The translations under genes and the position numbers were made by a program. Below the pieces are notes generated by a model. The model was not told the origin of the DNA. It made no database searches and was given only the letters and a program-made list of their open reading frames with translations. From the NCBI GenBank assembly GCA_030390025.1, contig CM059425.1:170316001-170380000 (forward strand): a DNA stretch of 64,000 nucleotides. The letters run 5' to 3'. Of the stretch, positions 51,464 through 63,525 are shown piece after piece. Each line of letters opens with the position of its first letter. Position 1 is the first letter of the stretch. Source of the stretch: Squalus acanthias. Lineage: Eukaryota.

Positions 51464-52168
51464 AACAGTTGTAGCCCATCAGCTGCTCTGCAAGCTCTTG
51501 GAGAAATCCTGTGGTTCCTTCTGTATCTCAGCAGTCCTGTGATTACAAAAATCAATCTACACTCTGCCTGATGCAACTGGGACAGAAATCAACTGGCAAT
51601 GATGTAGCTTTGGGCACTTGGGGCCCCTGTTGCTGTATCATGGGCCGCGATTTTCCCAGCCCCGAGGAGGCGGGTTTGGAGGCGGGACAGTTGGGAAAAT
51701 CGCAAAAAGTGAGGGCGGGTTCAGAACCCGCCTCCAACCCACCTCCGTGCAATTTTGCCGGAGGCGGGTTTCATGGGTGCGATTCGGTCCCGCCCCCATC
51801 AGTCGGGAGAGGTAGTTAAGACCCTTAACAAGTGGTTAAGAGCCTCTATAATCCTATTTTGACAGGCCTTTGTTATTTTGCCACATTTTGTGCGTGTTGC
51901 ATGACCCTCCTAAACCACGCCAGCTAATCCTGGTGGGTTGACAAGTGGGTGGCCTCCTCACAGCTGCAGCTCCACCATTAAATGGAGCTTTCATCAGGGA
52001 GCAGTTGCAGGTGGCAGAACTTCTGTTCCACAGCTCTTTCAGCACTTTTAGCAGGCCTACCGAAGTCGGAGGTGCTGTAGCATCTATCTCTCAACTGTGG
52101 GACCTCCTTGGAAGACCCTCTCCCCGCTTGGACTTAACGCTTCCCCAACAGAGGTATCTGCCAGCAGC

Positions 52169-53394
52169 ATGGGAACCATTTATTTCCTTTCATCATGGAC
52201 CTCAGATTCGGATGAGGAGCAGCCATGGCAGCAGCAGAACCAGGCAGCTCAGCAGCAGGAGCGCCAACCTCCTGCTCACCCACCTGATGCTGCACAGGGC
52301 AGAAGGCACCAGTGCATGGAAGCACGTCGCCGCAGGAGATACCCCCCTCTCAGGGTTTACAGACAGAGGATGAGCTACCTCAACATGAGTGAGCAGCAGT
52401 GCCAAAGGAGGCTGAGAGTTTCGCGAGAGGTTGTCGGAGACATCTGCGCACTGCTGCACCCAAACTTGGAGCCCAGAGGAGCGGGTGGACACCCCTTACC
52501 AGTGGCTGTCAAATCACCACCGCACTCAACTTTTTTGCCTTAGGCTCCTTCCAGGGATCATCAGCAGACATCAGCAGCATCTCCCAGTCGGCCACCCACA
52601 GTTGCATCATGCAGGTTACCGATGCCCTTTTCGCAAAGACGCACAATTACATCCAGTTCTCAAGGGATCAAGCAAGTGTAACCACACGTTCGGTTGGCTT
52701 TGCAAATATGGCAGGCTTGCCAATGGTGCAGGGTGTCATAGACTGCACACATGTGGCCCTTAGGGCACCCCATCACAACCCAGCTATCTTTGTCAACTGC
52801 AAGGACTTCCACTCCCTCAACGTACAACTGGTGTGTAACCACAAGAAAGAGATTTTGCATGTTTGTGCCAAGTTCTGTGGTAGTTGCCATGACTCTTTCA
52901 TCCTGCGGCACTCTAGTGTTCCTCTGCTCTTCAATCCACCAAACCAACTTAACGGATGGCTCCTTGGTGACAAGGGCTACCCCCTGAAGAAGTGACTAAT
53001 GAAGCTGATCAGGAGGCCAGCTAATGAGGCTGAGGAGCGCTACAACACCAGCCACATTTTGACCAGGTCCATCATCGAACAAACCATTGGCTTGCTGAAG
53101 ATGCGATTCCGATGCCTTGACAGATCAGGTGGAGCCCTGCAGTATTCAGCAGCCAGGGTCTCCAGAATGGTCGTGGTCTGCTATGCACTGCACAACATGG
53201 CACAGCATCATGGCTTGCAGCTTCCTGATGAGCAAGTGGCTCAGTACATAGCCTCCTTAAATGAGGATGAGGATGAGGAGAAGGAGGAGGAGGAGGACCG
53301 AGCGGCGGCGCATCTACCAGCAGCAGCGGCAGCACGCGAGCACATGGCTGCCCATGATACAAGGGATGCATTCATCCTGGCCAGATTTGTATAG
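52169..53394 (+). pseudogene. Harbinger transposase pseudogene of element B
   Basis: 1-bp deletion near 52513 (gtcaaatcacc vs gtcaaagtcacc in A) and TGA at 52993-95; DDE residues otherwise retained (IDCTH, CHDS, GDKGY, IIEQTIG). Confidence 0.92.
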
Positions 53395-53715
53395 GTTGCC
53401 CATTGTGGCACATGTGCTTGGCTCCTTCTTAACACATGATAGACAATGGACATGACTCTCTGGCCTCCTTTCACTCTGCCACCAACCTGACCACGCAAGT
53501 GTCGCGGAGCCCGCAATGTGGAGCCATCACGCCAACAGTTTGCCATCACCTCATTTTAATACGTTCACACAGGGATGGCATTTCATCAATAAACAGAAAC
53601 AATCACCCAAGTGCCTACCCCTGTGATGAATTGTGCTTTATTTTTCTCTTACGCATGCTCCTACGTGGTGCTCCCCCTGTGGCTTCAGCAGAAGTGGAGG
53701 CCCCCTTGCTCACTT

Positions 53716-55641
53716 TCATGTTGCTCCTGTTTCTACATCTTTTGGCGGGCGTCCTCTGGGTTTCCGAGCCTGTGAGGGCTTGCCAAACGTCTGCTCATCC
53801 TGCGGCAGTGCAGGGGCTGAGACGCCCATCTCAGTTGGGTGCGGACTCTGGTGGGGCTCTGACCGAGGGCTATACAGTGGATTGGAAGTGTGAGCACTTG
53901 GAGAGGAGCCCCCACTTCCTTGTTCTCTGCCACCAACTTCCTTCTCATGGGTCAGGTCCACCTCAGCGCTTGCAAGTGGCTTGAGAGCACCTTGCTGCAC
54001 ATCAGGGGGGCCATGGGGATCCGTATCTGCATTGGCAGTCCTCCTCAAAAGGACTTCCATGAAGCTCTGGTTTCTCTGCTCAATAGCTGCCCATCGCTCC
54101 TCTGGAGAGGTCAGTCTATTCTGAACATTCATCATGTTTTCCAGACTCTGGCGACTTAGGTCCTCCATGGTCGTAGCCATCCTCTCCTCTACCGTAGACA
54201 CCCTTTCCAGAGAGGTAGCCATCATTACCACGGAGGTAGCCATCCTTTCCACGGAGGTTGCCATCCTTTCCGTGGTGGTGCATTGATGCGCCATTGCCTC
54301 CACAAAGGCACTGCTCATGTTAGAGTTGGACTCCTCCATCCTCTCCACACTCACAGTGACCCTGGAGACAAAACCTGCCAGAGACTCCTGCACCTGCTCC
54401 TGGAGTTCCAGCACCGCTCTCCTTCTGGATGGACCCAGAGGCACAGGGTCCACATGCAGCAGAGCAGAGCTAGGAGAGGCCTGCGACCTCCGAAGAGGAC
54501 TCTCCACTGCTGTCCCTGTCTCCACCACCTGCTGATGTTCACCTGTGAGATGTGATATACATGGTGACAACACTGCTCTATATCCCGAAGGTCCCACCGA
54601 GGTGTGCGTATCTGCGTTGGTGTTGGGTGCGCTTACATCTGGTGACGCTGCATCCTCAGAGGTTGCAGGTTCCCCTGAGGAGTCTTGCGGCTCAGCCTCT
54701 TCCTCGTCGACAGTGGGGGGAGGGGGCTCTGTGGATGGTCCTGTCGGGGAGTAAAGGCATGGGTTAGACAATTCACGGAAGTGTGGCATGCAGATGCAAT
54801 AGTGCAGATGCTCAAGTGGCATTCTAATAATGTACACCAGCAGCCATTTCAGTCACTCAAGCAGTGTAAATGAGTAAGATACAAAACTATTCTGTCACCA
54901 GCTTGGCCTGCATCACCCGTCTGTCCGTCCCCCACTTCCACCTCGACCTCTGCGCCGGCGATGTCCAGGGCCGCCTCTTCAGCCTGGGTGATATGGCCTA
55001 GGGAAGGTGGCCCTCCTCCTGTCCTTGCCCTTTCCCTTCTATTGTGGGCTCTCTTTTCCTGCAGTGAGAGAGACAAGTGGAGTTGGAGTGAGAATGGTGA
55101 AGTGAGTGTAGAGAGTCCAGATCATAGATGCTTAGAAGGAGACAAAGATGGAGTGAGGTTCCATGTCCAAGGGCCCTCCCTGTGCGTTGTTAGTCATTAT
55201 CATTGCATAACATTGAAAGGGAGTGTGAGGGCAGCATAGACAAATAGTGAAGTGGTTGGGTTCATAGAGTGAGAGGGATGGTGAAGGGTGCAAGGGTTGT
55301 AAGGGTAAAGTGGGATGTGTAGGAGGAGGTTGACAATGCAGAGTGCTGGTGATGAGAGGAGAAGGGGAGCAGAAGGAGGGTCAAGCTGAAGGTATACTCA
55401 CTTTGCTTGATCTTACAAGGTCATTGAACCTTTTAGGGCACTGCAGCCATGTCCTGCTGCACACAGATCTGGAGGTTATATCCCTTGCCAGTTGGACCCA
55501 CACAGTCTTGGTTTCTTTGAGAGGCCTCTTCCTCCCAGATGAGGGGAAGAGCACCTCCCTGCTGGCTCTCGTCCCCTCAACCAGCATACCCAGCGCCTCA
55601 TCGGAGAACCTCGGGGAGGCCCTTGCCTTGGAGCTGGCCAT
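53716..55641 (-). CDS. Myb/SANT-like DNA-binding protein of element B, spliced (55641-55402, 55058-54899, 54740-53716), 474 aa
   Basis: PRFSDEAL...W...RTWLQCPKRFNDL trihelix domain, RERARTGGGPP motif, coiled-coil heptads, PRGRPPK; phases 0 and 1 join in frame; C-terminal tail shortened versus A by a late frameshift. Confidence 0.8.
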
Positions 55642-56224
55642 TCTTCAATGAGATAAAAGTTTGGAGGTGGTGCACCATCGACCAAAAACCAGTGGAATGA
55701 GCCAAGGCAGCAAGCAGCCCTTAAATGAAGCTGGATAAGTGACATCAGCAGAGGCGAGTTTCAGTCCCAAAAGACTAATTGGCCCAGGGGAACCCACACC
55801 TCTGAAATTAACTGGCCAATTAGGGGAAAATCGCAACTTTTTCCCACCTGACAGTGGAGGCGGGTTTGGAACCCGCCCAAACCGAAACCCGCCTCCAACC
55901 CACCTCCAATGGGAAAATCGCTCCATGGTCTTCAGGCTGATGGAACATTAAACAAGCTGGTCTAGCATCGGATATCAGTGAGGCGCGTGCTTGCTGAAAC
56001 AATGCCACCCAATTTACTGTTACTATCTGCTGAAGGCATAGGTCATGTTGTATTGATAATATTAAGACATAATATTGCTCTATCTTTAAATTTGTTTTGA
56101 TTGTTGCAATAATGGATTTAAAGAGTATACACACACATTTATCTATCTAAAAACTGGCAAATCTTGAGTGCTTTGTGTTTCCAAAAATACGCGTAAGTGA
56201 TCAGGTCCAATTTTAGGACTCAAT

Positions 56225-56928
56225 GGGCTGGATTTTGATACTGGGGCGGGTTGGGGTCGTGTTATCCACTTTTCGTGTTATCCACCCGACTGCAATTGGA
56301 TGTGGGAGATTGATGCAATTTTCACCTAATTGGGCAATTGAGTTCCAGCATGTGGGAACCCATGACCCAATTAGTGTTTTGAGTCTGAAAGTCGCCTCTG
56401 ATTATGTCATCATTGCTGCTGCATTGAAGGTCTGTCTGGCCTTTGCTGTGAGAGGACCTGGATGCAAAAGTCAGAGAGAGAGAGAGAGAGAGAGAGACCC
56501 CCTTTGCTCTCAGAAGACCTGAAGGCATAATGAGCAGCAGCCGCCCTAGGTCTGCTCCCAGATATTTTTCCTACTAGTACTTCTCCATTTTAATAGTGGA
56601 CCTGCAGCTGATAGTCAGCTTTCAAAATGTGCTCCCGCCAGGTTTCACAATCGTGGTTCAGAACAGGCGTGCTTCACGTAGATCAAGGGTTAAAATCACA
56701 AAGGCCTTTCAAAATGGCATTATAGAGCCAATTTAGTGCTTGTTAAGGGCCTTAACAGCCTATCCCGCCTCTTAAAGGCGGGATGGAGTCGGGACCAGCA
56801 GACACGATTTAATGATAATTGCGTGGAGGCGGGATGGAGGCGGACTTGTGCCCGCCCGCCAGTTTTCGCAATTTTAACACCCCACACGCCTCCAAACCCG
56901 CCTCCACAGGTCAATGAAAATCCAGCCC
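56225..56928 (-). mobile_element. MITE, deletion derivative of the element A family (704 bp)
   Basis: TIR GGGCTGGATTTT both ends, TSD AAT; arms match 32659-32975 and 36700-36922; internal (GA)n. Confidence 0.95.
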
Positions 56929-57075
56929 AATGGGTCCCTTTTACATCTCTCCCAACTATTATTTCCATTGACATCTCGGGAGAGATGTGAAAGGGACTGC
57001 CGATTCACTATCACCCGTTTCACAGTATTGCACAAAGCCAAAATTATCCCCAATTGCCCTAGCAGCAAAGGATTT

Positions 57076-57272
57076 GGGGTGAATTTCACCTTGGGCGGGG
57101 ATGTGCAACACATGGTATCGCCTCGACCGACTGTTATAGGCCCCCCACCCTGATATCCTGTTCCATTGGCTTCAATAGAACTGAATATAGTGGGGGGCGT
57201 GGGGGGTGTATAACAGTCGGCCAATGCTATATCGCCTGTTGTATGTTCCAGCCCAAGTCGAATTTTACTCCC
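57076..57272. mobile_element. Short palindromic MITE-like element
   Basis: ggggtgaatttcaccttgggc / gcccaagtcgaattttactccc ends and central inverted repeat. Confidence 0.55.
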
Positions 57273-57985
57273 TTAGGCTTTGAAATCATTTTTTGGGTAA
57301 TCAGCTCTGTAATTTTCTTAAAATGATCTTGAATCTGAAACTGGTTGAGGGATTGAAGGAGATGAAGGGAACAGATAGGTTTTAATTAAAAAGATAGAAT
57401 AGGTTAAGTTTAAAATAAGTTAAAATGAATGATAGAGGATTCATTATAGATAAATAATACAAAATAAAAGATAAATGAGGGAAAAGAAGAGAGAAAGAAG
57501 TAATGATTTTATAATTATTTATTATTAATGTGGGATTTTTAAAAATGACAGTAATAAAGGTATTACCATCTCAATAGGATTATTACCATAATAATTGTGA
57601 TTTTTGAGCCTCAAACTTTGGGAAATAAAATGTTATAAATTGGCCAGCTCACTGGGTGCAGAATACTCTGCCAATGTCAATGTTACGGCTCTAGCTCCAA
57701 TGCAGATGTACAAAGCATAAATGCAATTTTTTTTGGACCAGTTCCACTCATAAATGCACGTAAAAGACTACTTTGGCTTCACACCAGGTGTGCAGTCAAA
57801 CATGAACTTTGAAAGATGGTCTTTATACTAGGAATGTCTCCATTGCGGCAGATAAATATGGAACCGATTTTTAATACTATGGAACCATGAAAAATGGCTA
57901 GCAGTATAAATTGTGTGCGATTTACAATATTGTTCATGGTTCAGGAAGGAACTCTAAAGTGCCGAGATAAATGAGGAGGACTTAC

Positions 57986-58016
57986 CCCAGCGCTGCTGTT
58001 GAAGTACGATGTCTGC
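57986..58016 (-). other. Candidate host-gene micro-exon (31 nt; alternative acceptor at 58031)
   Basis: Strong donor GGG|GTAAGT, acceptor tttaacag, CTGAC branch-like motif upstream; reads GRHRTSTAALG in phase with the 61028-61084 candidate. Confidence 0.3.
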
Positions 58017-58127
58017 CTGTTAAATCTAAATCTACAAGGTGTCAGGCCAACGTATAAAACTGATTTGCTTTCTTTAGATCCTTTGGGAGTGTGCTGTTCT
58101 CCTGAATCTCCTGTACCAGCCAGCAGG

Positions 58128-59200
58128 AAACATAGAAACATAGAAAAATAGGAGCAGGAGTAGGCCATTCGGCCCTTCGAGCCTGCTCCGCCATTCAATA
58201 TGATCATGGCTGATCCTCTATCTCAATACCATATCCCCACTCTCTCCCCATACCCCTTGATGCCTTTTGTGTCTAGAAATCTATCTATCTCCTTCTTAAA
58301 TATATTCAGTGACTTGGCCTCCACAGCCTTCTGTGGTAGAGAATTCCACAGGTTCACCACCCTCTGAGTGAAGAAATTTCTCCTCATCTCAGTCCTAAAT
58401 ATCCTACCCCGTACCCTGAGACTGTAACCCCTCGTTCTAAACCCCCCAGCCAGGGGAAACATCCTCCCTGCATCCAGTCTGTCTAGCCCTGTCAGAATTT
58501 TATATGTTTCAATGAGAAAGCAGGGACAGGGTATTGGATTTGGATGATCAGCCATGATCGTATTGAATGGTGGAGCAGGCTCGACGGGCCGAATGGCCTA
58601 CTCCTGCTCCTAGTTTCTATGTTTCTATGTTTCTATCCCCTCTCATTCCTCTAAACTCTAGTGAATACAGGCCTAGTCGACCCAATCTCTCCTCATACGA
58701 CACTCCTGCCATCTCAGGAATCAGTCTGGTGAACCTTCGCTGCACTCCCTCTATGACAAGTATATCCTTTCTTAGGTAAGGAGACCAAAACTGCACACAG
58801 TACTCCAGGTGTGGTCTCACCAAGGCCCTGTATAACTGTAGAAAGACATCCTTGCTCCTGTACTCAAATCCTCTTGCAATGAAGACCAACATACCATTTG
58901 CCTTCCTAACTGCTTGCTGCACCTGCATGTTTGCTTTCAGTGACTGGTGTACAAGGACACCCAGGTCCCTCTGTACATCAACATTTCCCAATCTATCACC
59001 ATTTAAATAATACTCTGCCTTTCTGTTTTTCCTACCGAAGTGGATAACTTCACATTTATCCACATTATACTGCATCTGCTATGTACTTGCCCACTCACTC
59101 AACTTGTCTAAATCGCCTTGAAGCCTCTTTGCATCCTCCTCACAACTCACAATCCCACCTAGTTTTGTGTCGTCAGCAAACTTGGAAATATTAGATTTGG
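58128..59200 (-). mobile_element. CR1 LINE 3' portion containing an antisense CR1 tail insertion (about 58518-58634)
   Basis: KFADDTK, KCEVIHFG, RPHLEYCVQFWSP; tail (CATAGAAA)n; caggaa on both flanks. Confidence 0.9.
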
Positions 59201-59392
59201 TTCCAGGAAGTATTCTGCTGTTTTGTGATTGTCAGCCATAGGTGTAGATGGCTTTTTATGTATGGTTGTAGAGTTTAACACCAAAAAAAGCATGATCATA
59301 ATAAAGCTGGTGTACGCTGCAGTGCCACAGGGCCATTGGATGAGTATTGCATGCGGCATTGTACCATGGCACATGCAAATAGCAATAGTGTC

Positions 59393-59607
59393 TGTCATAA
59401 ATCGCAAGTAACAACTCAGGAAGTACTACTGGGCGGCCAGCTGGGGCGCCGTCCAGGGAGTATAAATACTCAGGCATGGGCCCACCTTGGGCAGAGACAA
59501 TCTGGAAACAGGAAGCTAGTGACTGCTAACTAGACCTCCATGTTTTGTTACAAGTTGATTAAAGCCTTGCTTTATGTTCAAGTGCGTAGTGAGTCTTTAT
59601 TACGTCA
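59393..59607 (+). mobile_element. Solo LTR of a Gypsy element (215 bp)
   Basis: TGTCATAA...TTACGTCA ends, 5-bp TSD GTGTC (59388-92, 59608-12), TATAAATA at 59461, 3' half similar to the LTR at 1884-2093. Confidence 0.88.
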
Positions 59608-59751
59608 GTGTCCATTGTATATAATGAAATGCAGCAATGCAAAGGACCAACAGCATCACAAAACATCAGCATTACAAGACCTTAACAATACCAGGAAAGT
59701 ACTACATCAGGTCCACCGTACAAAGATAGACATTTCTAAAAACATACCACG

Positions 59752-60050
59752 AGGTTCCTGGATGGCTCGGTGAGTACATGCAATGTGTGGTTGTATATAG
59801 ATCAGGAAAGCCCCAGATTTGATCTCTGGTTTTTGCTGACTTAGCTGATCTTGGCTGCAGCAAATGTGGAGGCACAAAAACTGGAAATGGGGGTAGTACA
59901 ATATTGCAGACAGGATTTGATCCCTTGCCTGACCTGCTCTCAACTGTAGGAGCAATAAATAAAGTAACGCTTGATCATTATCTACTCTCTGCTATAATGT
60001 GTAAGTATGAATGTTAGATGAGAACAGGATTATCTTCACGTATGAAGCTC
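59752..60050 (+). mobile_element. Old tRNA-derived SINE remnant
   Basis: A-box-like tggctcggtgag and degenerate B-box agatttgatctc. Confidence 0.4.
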
Positions 60051-61027
60051 ACATGGTGAACAGGACAACAACAGACAGGGGCCAATAATGCTGAAGTCCA
60101 CCAGCTCCCATTATAATTAGGTGCGTAAACCTGAGGTCTACTATGCACCTGATGCACTCTGCTCCCCTCCCCACACCCCATCCCATATGATCAACCAGCA
60201 TGTAGTGTGTTGGGGCCCTACACACAAAATGTGCGCAAGGTTCATTAAGGCCCCACAATTTATTTAATTTAGGGATCTTCCCGATAAGGTGGCTGGGCAC
60301 TTGAGTGGCTCTACAGTCATTATATACTCACTTGAAACAGATGCTTCAGGAGATGTCTGCAGGGAAGATAAATGTTGCTGCTGGCTGGCCCTCCCCCTAA
60401 TTGAAGGGCAACCTTCATTATTGCCATAGGTTTTCTTTCAGTTTTCAAACGCGATATCTAGCAATGAAGCATAAGTTCCTAGTGCCCGTCACTGGGTGCT
60501 GACCCCTGACATTCCAGCCCCCACGTCCCATGGCGCTCCCAGTCAGTCATGCGCTGAGCACTGGGAGCACTATTAAAATATTTAAATGAGGTATCTTATG
60601 TTATCGTGTGAGCTGATTTTGGCGCAGGTACAACCAGTGTGAAATGAGGGTTTGGTGTGGTACCAGATATCTGCCGATGCCCATAGAACCGTCCACCTCC
60701 CCCCACCGCTATGACTCACCTGTCTTTGGGTGAGGAGAGTAGAAAATTGAAAAAAGTAAAGGAAGATTTTTATGGTGTATAAACGCAATAAAAAGCTTTT
60801 ATTAAAAATAAATCCGCTCAATATCATCCCAACATTTAGTAGTGCAGAAAAAAGTAACCTGAACCATCCAGGAAAAGCAATATTGTCGTGCTCCCACTCC
60901 CAATTGGAGCGTTCCCACTGTTGTCCCAGCTGAGCCAGAGGGTCCGAGAAAGCAAACCATTTTTTCCTTTTGCAGATGAAAATGTAACTCATCCAAAACA
61001 AAGTAAAAGTTCAAAAAAAAGCCTTAC

Positions 61028-61084
61028 CTAGGGAGCTCGCGTCAACCGTGTTGTAATGCCGCAGCTTGCCAGAATCAATACTAC
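61028..61084 (-). other. Candidate host-gene exon (57 nt, phase 1-1)
   Basis: Acceptor ttattttattcattag, donor TAG|GTAAGG, open frame SIDSGKLRHYNTVDASSL, four CpGs in AT-rich unique DNA. Confidence 0.45.
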
Positions 61085-61844
61085 CTAATGAATAAAATAA
61101 CATCTTGATTAAATTTATTGTCATGTCAGAAAATATGATGATGCAGAGGACGAGCCATTGCTGTTAGGGTGTCTCGGTGATAGTATCACCTGACACCTAA
61201 AATGGAGCATTTACAACTCTTTCATTATGAATTACATTTGAAAAGTAATAAATGATTGTTCTCCAAAAGCAAATCAAAATCAATTTAACACGGCATAGGA
61301 AAGGCAAAACAGCAAACTTATTAACAGAGGGGAACACTGTTATAAAACAGATCACCTGGGACCACATCCACAGCAGATATTAATCAACACACTGTGGCTA
61401 AGTCTGATATTGCATTTTGACATATGAGGTGGCAAGAATAACGCAATTTAAACCAAGGTGATGGTAAGTGATGACAATGGACTGAAATTCTTACAATACT
61501 CTACAGAGCAGCAAACAAAAACTCACTCGGGAGTAAACCCACAATTCATTTGAAAAAATCAAATCAAGAGCATCTGCTACATGGAAAATCCAGTGTGATC
61601 TCTTTATCACCTGCAAAGTCTATAAACAGCACCTACCACTCAATATGTTACATGGATGGTCATCTCACCTGACAGAGGACATGCCAACAGTACAAGAATG
61701 TACCAGTGGGATTAAACGCAAATCAACATTGGTGAAAATGAAATGTCAGTGTAACAGCATCCATTGTCTCAAGAAACACTCTGCACACAGGCAATAAATA
61801 CAAAAACTGTACAGGGGACTAGCAGGTGCAGTGTGTTTGATTTG

Positions 61845-62295
61845 TTTTTATTCGGTGCTCGGATGTGGGCGTCGCTGGCAAGGCCAACATTTATTGCCCA
61901 TCCCTAGTTGCCCTCGAGAAGGTGGTGGTGAGCCGCCTTCTTGAACCGCTGCAGTCCGTGTGGTGAAGGTACTCCCACAGTACTGTTAGGGAGGGAGTTC
62001 TAGGATTTTGCACCAGCGATGATGAAGGAACGGCGATATATTTCCAAGTTAGGATGGTGTGTGACTAAAGGGGAACTTGGAGGTGGTGGTGTTCCCATGC
62101 GCCTGCTGCCCTTGTCCTTCTAGGTGGAAGAGGTCGCGGCGTTGGGAGGTGCTGCCGAAGAAGCCTTGGCGAGTTGTTGCAGTGCATCTTGTAGATGGTA
62201 CACACTGCAGCCACGGTACACCAGTGGTGGATGGAGTGAATGCTTAAGGTGGTGGACGGGGTGCCAATTAATCGGGCTGCTTTGTCCTGGATGGT
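61845..62295 (-). mobile_element. LINE 3' end (same family as 17392-17970)
   Basis: TIQDKAARLIG...TVAAVCTIYKMHC and matching 3' UTR. Confidence 0.8.
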
Positions 62296-62307
62296 CATAG
62301 AGTCAAA

Positions 62308-63169
62308 GGGCTCGATTTTATCAATGGAGGCGAGCAGGAGGCAGGACTCCCACTTTTGGGGTTGTAGTCCCGCCTCCATCGAGTTGTGGCCAATCCACTC
62401 GATTTTCCCTTGATTGACCTTGTTGAGCCAACCCAGCGGGCTCAGCAGGCCAATTAAGGGCCACCCAGCAACAGGTGACGCCACAGATTGACATTTCATC
62501 TGTCAAGAGCTTTTGACAGATGAAATATCAGCGTTTGACAGCTCTCAGCTCTTTGAAGCTGTCAAACACTGACAATCTGTCCTCTAAGTTAATTCCTTCC
62601 TCTCAGGCTGATTTAGAGATCTCTGCAGAACAAAAAGCAGAGGCTGCAGTTTTTGACAGCTCAATGGCCATTCTGCTTTCTGTGCCGGTGAGATTTCTGA
62701 CTCCCGAGACCTGAAGGGCTGACACCTGCAGGAGGAAGTTAAGGTAAGTAAAACATTTTTCCACACTTTACACTTACCTTACACACTTACCTCTGCACAT
62801 ATGCACCCATCACTCACCTGCCCACCGGATATATCGACCCCTCCAACCCCTGCAGACCCACGGTCCGCCTCGCTAAATCAGCGTGGTTTGGAGCCGTCGG
62901 GTAGCCCACACTTCAGGGCTAAAAATAGGGATTAGGCAACAAACTGCCTATTAACTACCTGTTAACAGGCAGTTAATTGTCACTAATCCCCTTCCCGCCT
63001 CAGGGAGGCGGCGCCCAGCACAGGTCGGGTCCCTGCCTCCTGGGACATTGGCACGGAGGCGGGTTGGGGGCGGGTTGGGGGCGGGATGGGTTCGTGCCCC
63101 CTGATTTCACGATTTTACCCCCCCTCCCGCCTCCAATCCCGCCTCCACGGGCCGATGAAAATCGAGCCC
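62308..63169. mobile_element. Harbinger MITE (862 bp)
   Basis: Perfect TIR GGGCTCGATTTT / AAAATCGAGCCC; flanks AAA and ATA. Confidence 0.9.
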
Positions 63170-63180
63170 ATAGAGTCATA

Positions 63181-63484
63181 GGGCTGGATTTTCATTGACC
63201 CGTGGAGGCGGGTTTGGAGGCGTGTGAGGGGTTAAAATTGCGAAAACTGGCGGGCGGGCGCAAGCCCGCCTCCACGCAATTTTCATTAAATCGTGTCTGC
63301 TGGTCCCGACTCCGTCCCGCCTCTAAGAGGCGGGATAGGCTGTTAAGGCCCTTAACAAGCACTAAATTGCCTCTATAATGCCATTTTGAAAGGCCTTTGT
63401 GATTTTAAACCTTTTTCTATGTGAAGCACGCCTGTTCTGAACCACGAATGTGAAACCTGGCGGGAGCACATTTGGATAGCTGAT

Positions 63485-63525
<41 letters not shown>

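Larger units (their letters stand above)
51643..55924 (+). mobile_element. Full-length two-gene PIF/Harbinger transposon (element B, 4282 bp)
   Basis: TIRs ggccgcgattttccca / tgggaaaatcgctcc, TSD ATG (51640-42, 55925-27); same gene layout as element A. Confidence 0.92.

Noticed and set aside
57941..59407. Continuous minus-strand ORF restored by removing the CR1 insertion
   Set aside because: No recognisable domain and its start lies within the solo LTR; likely chance.
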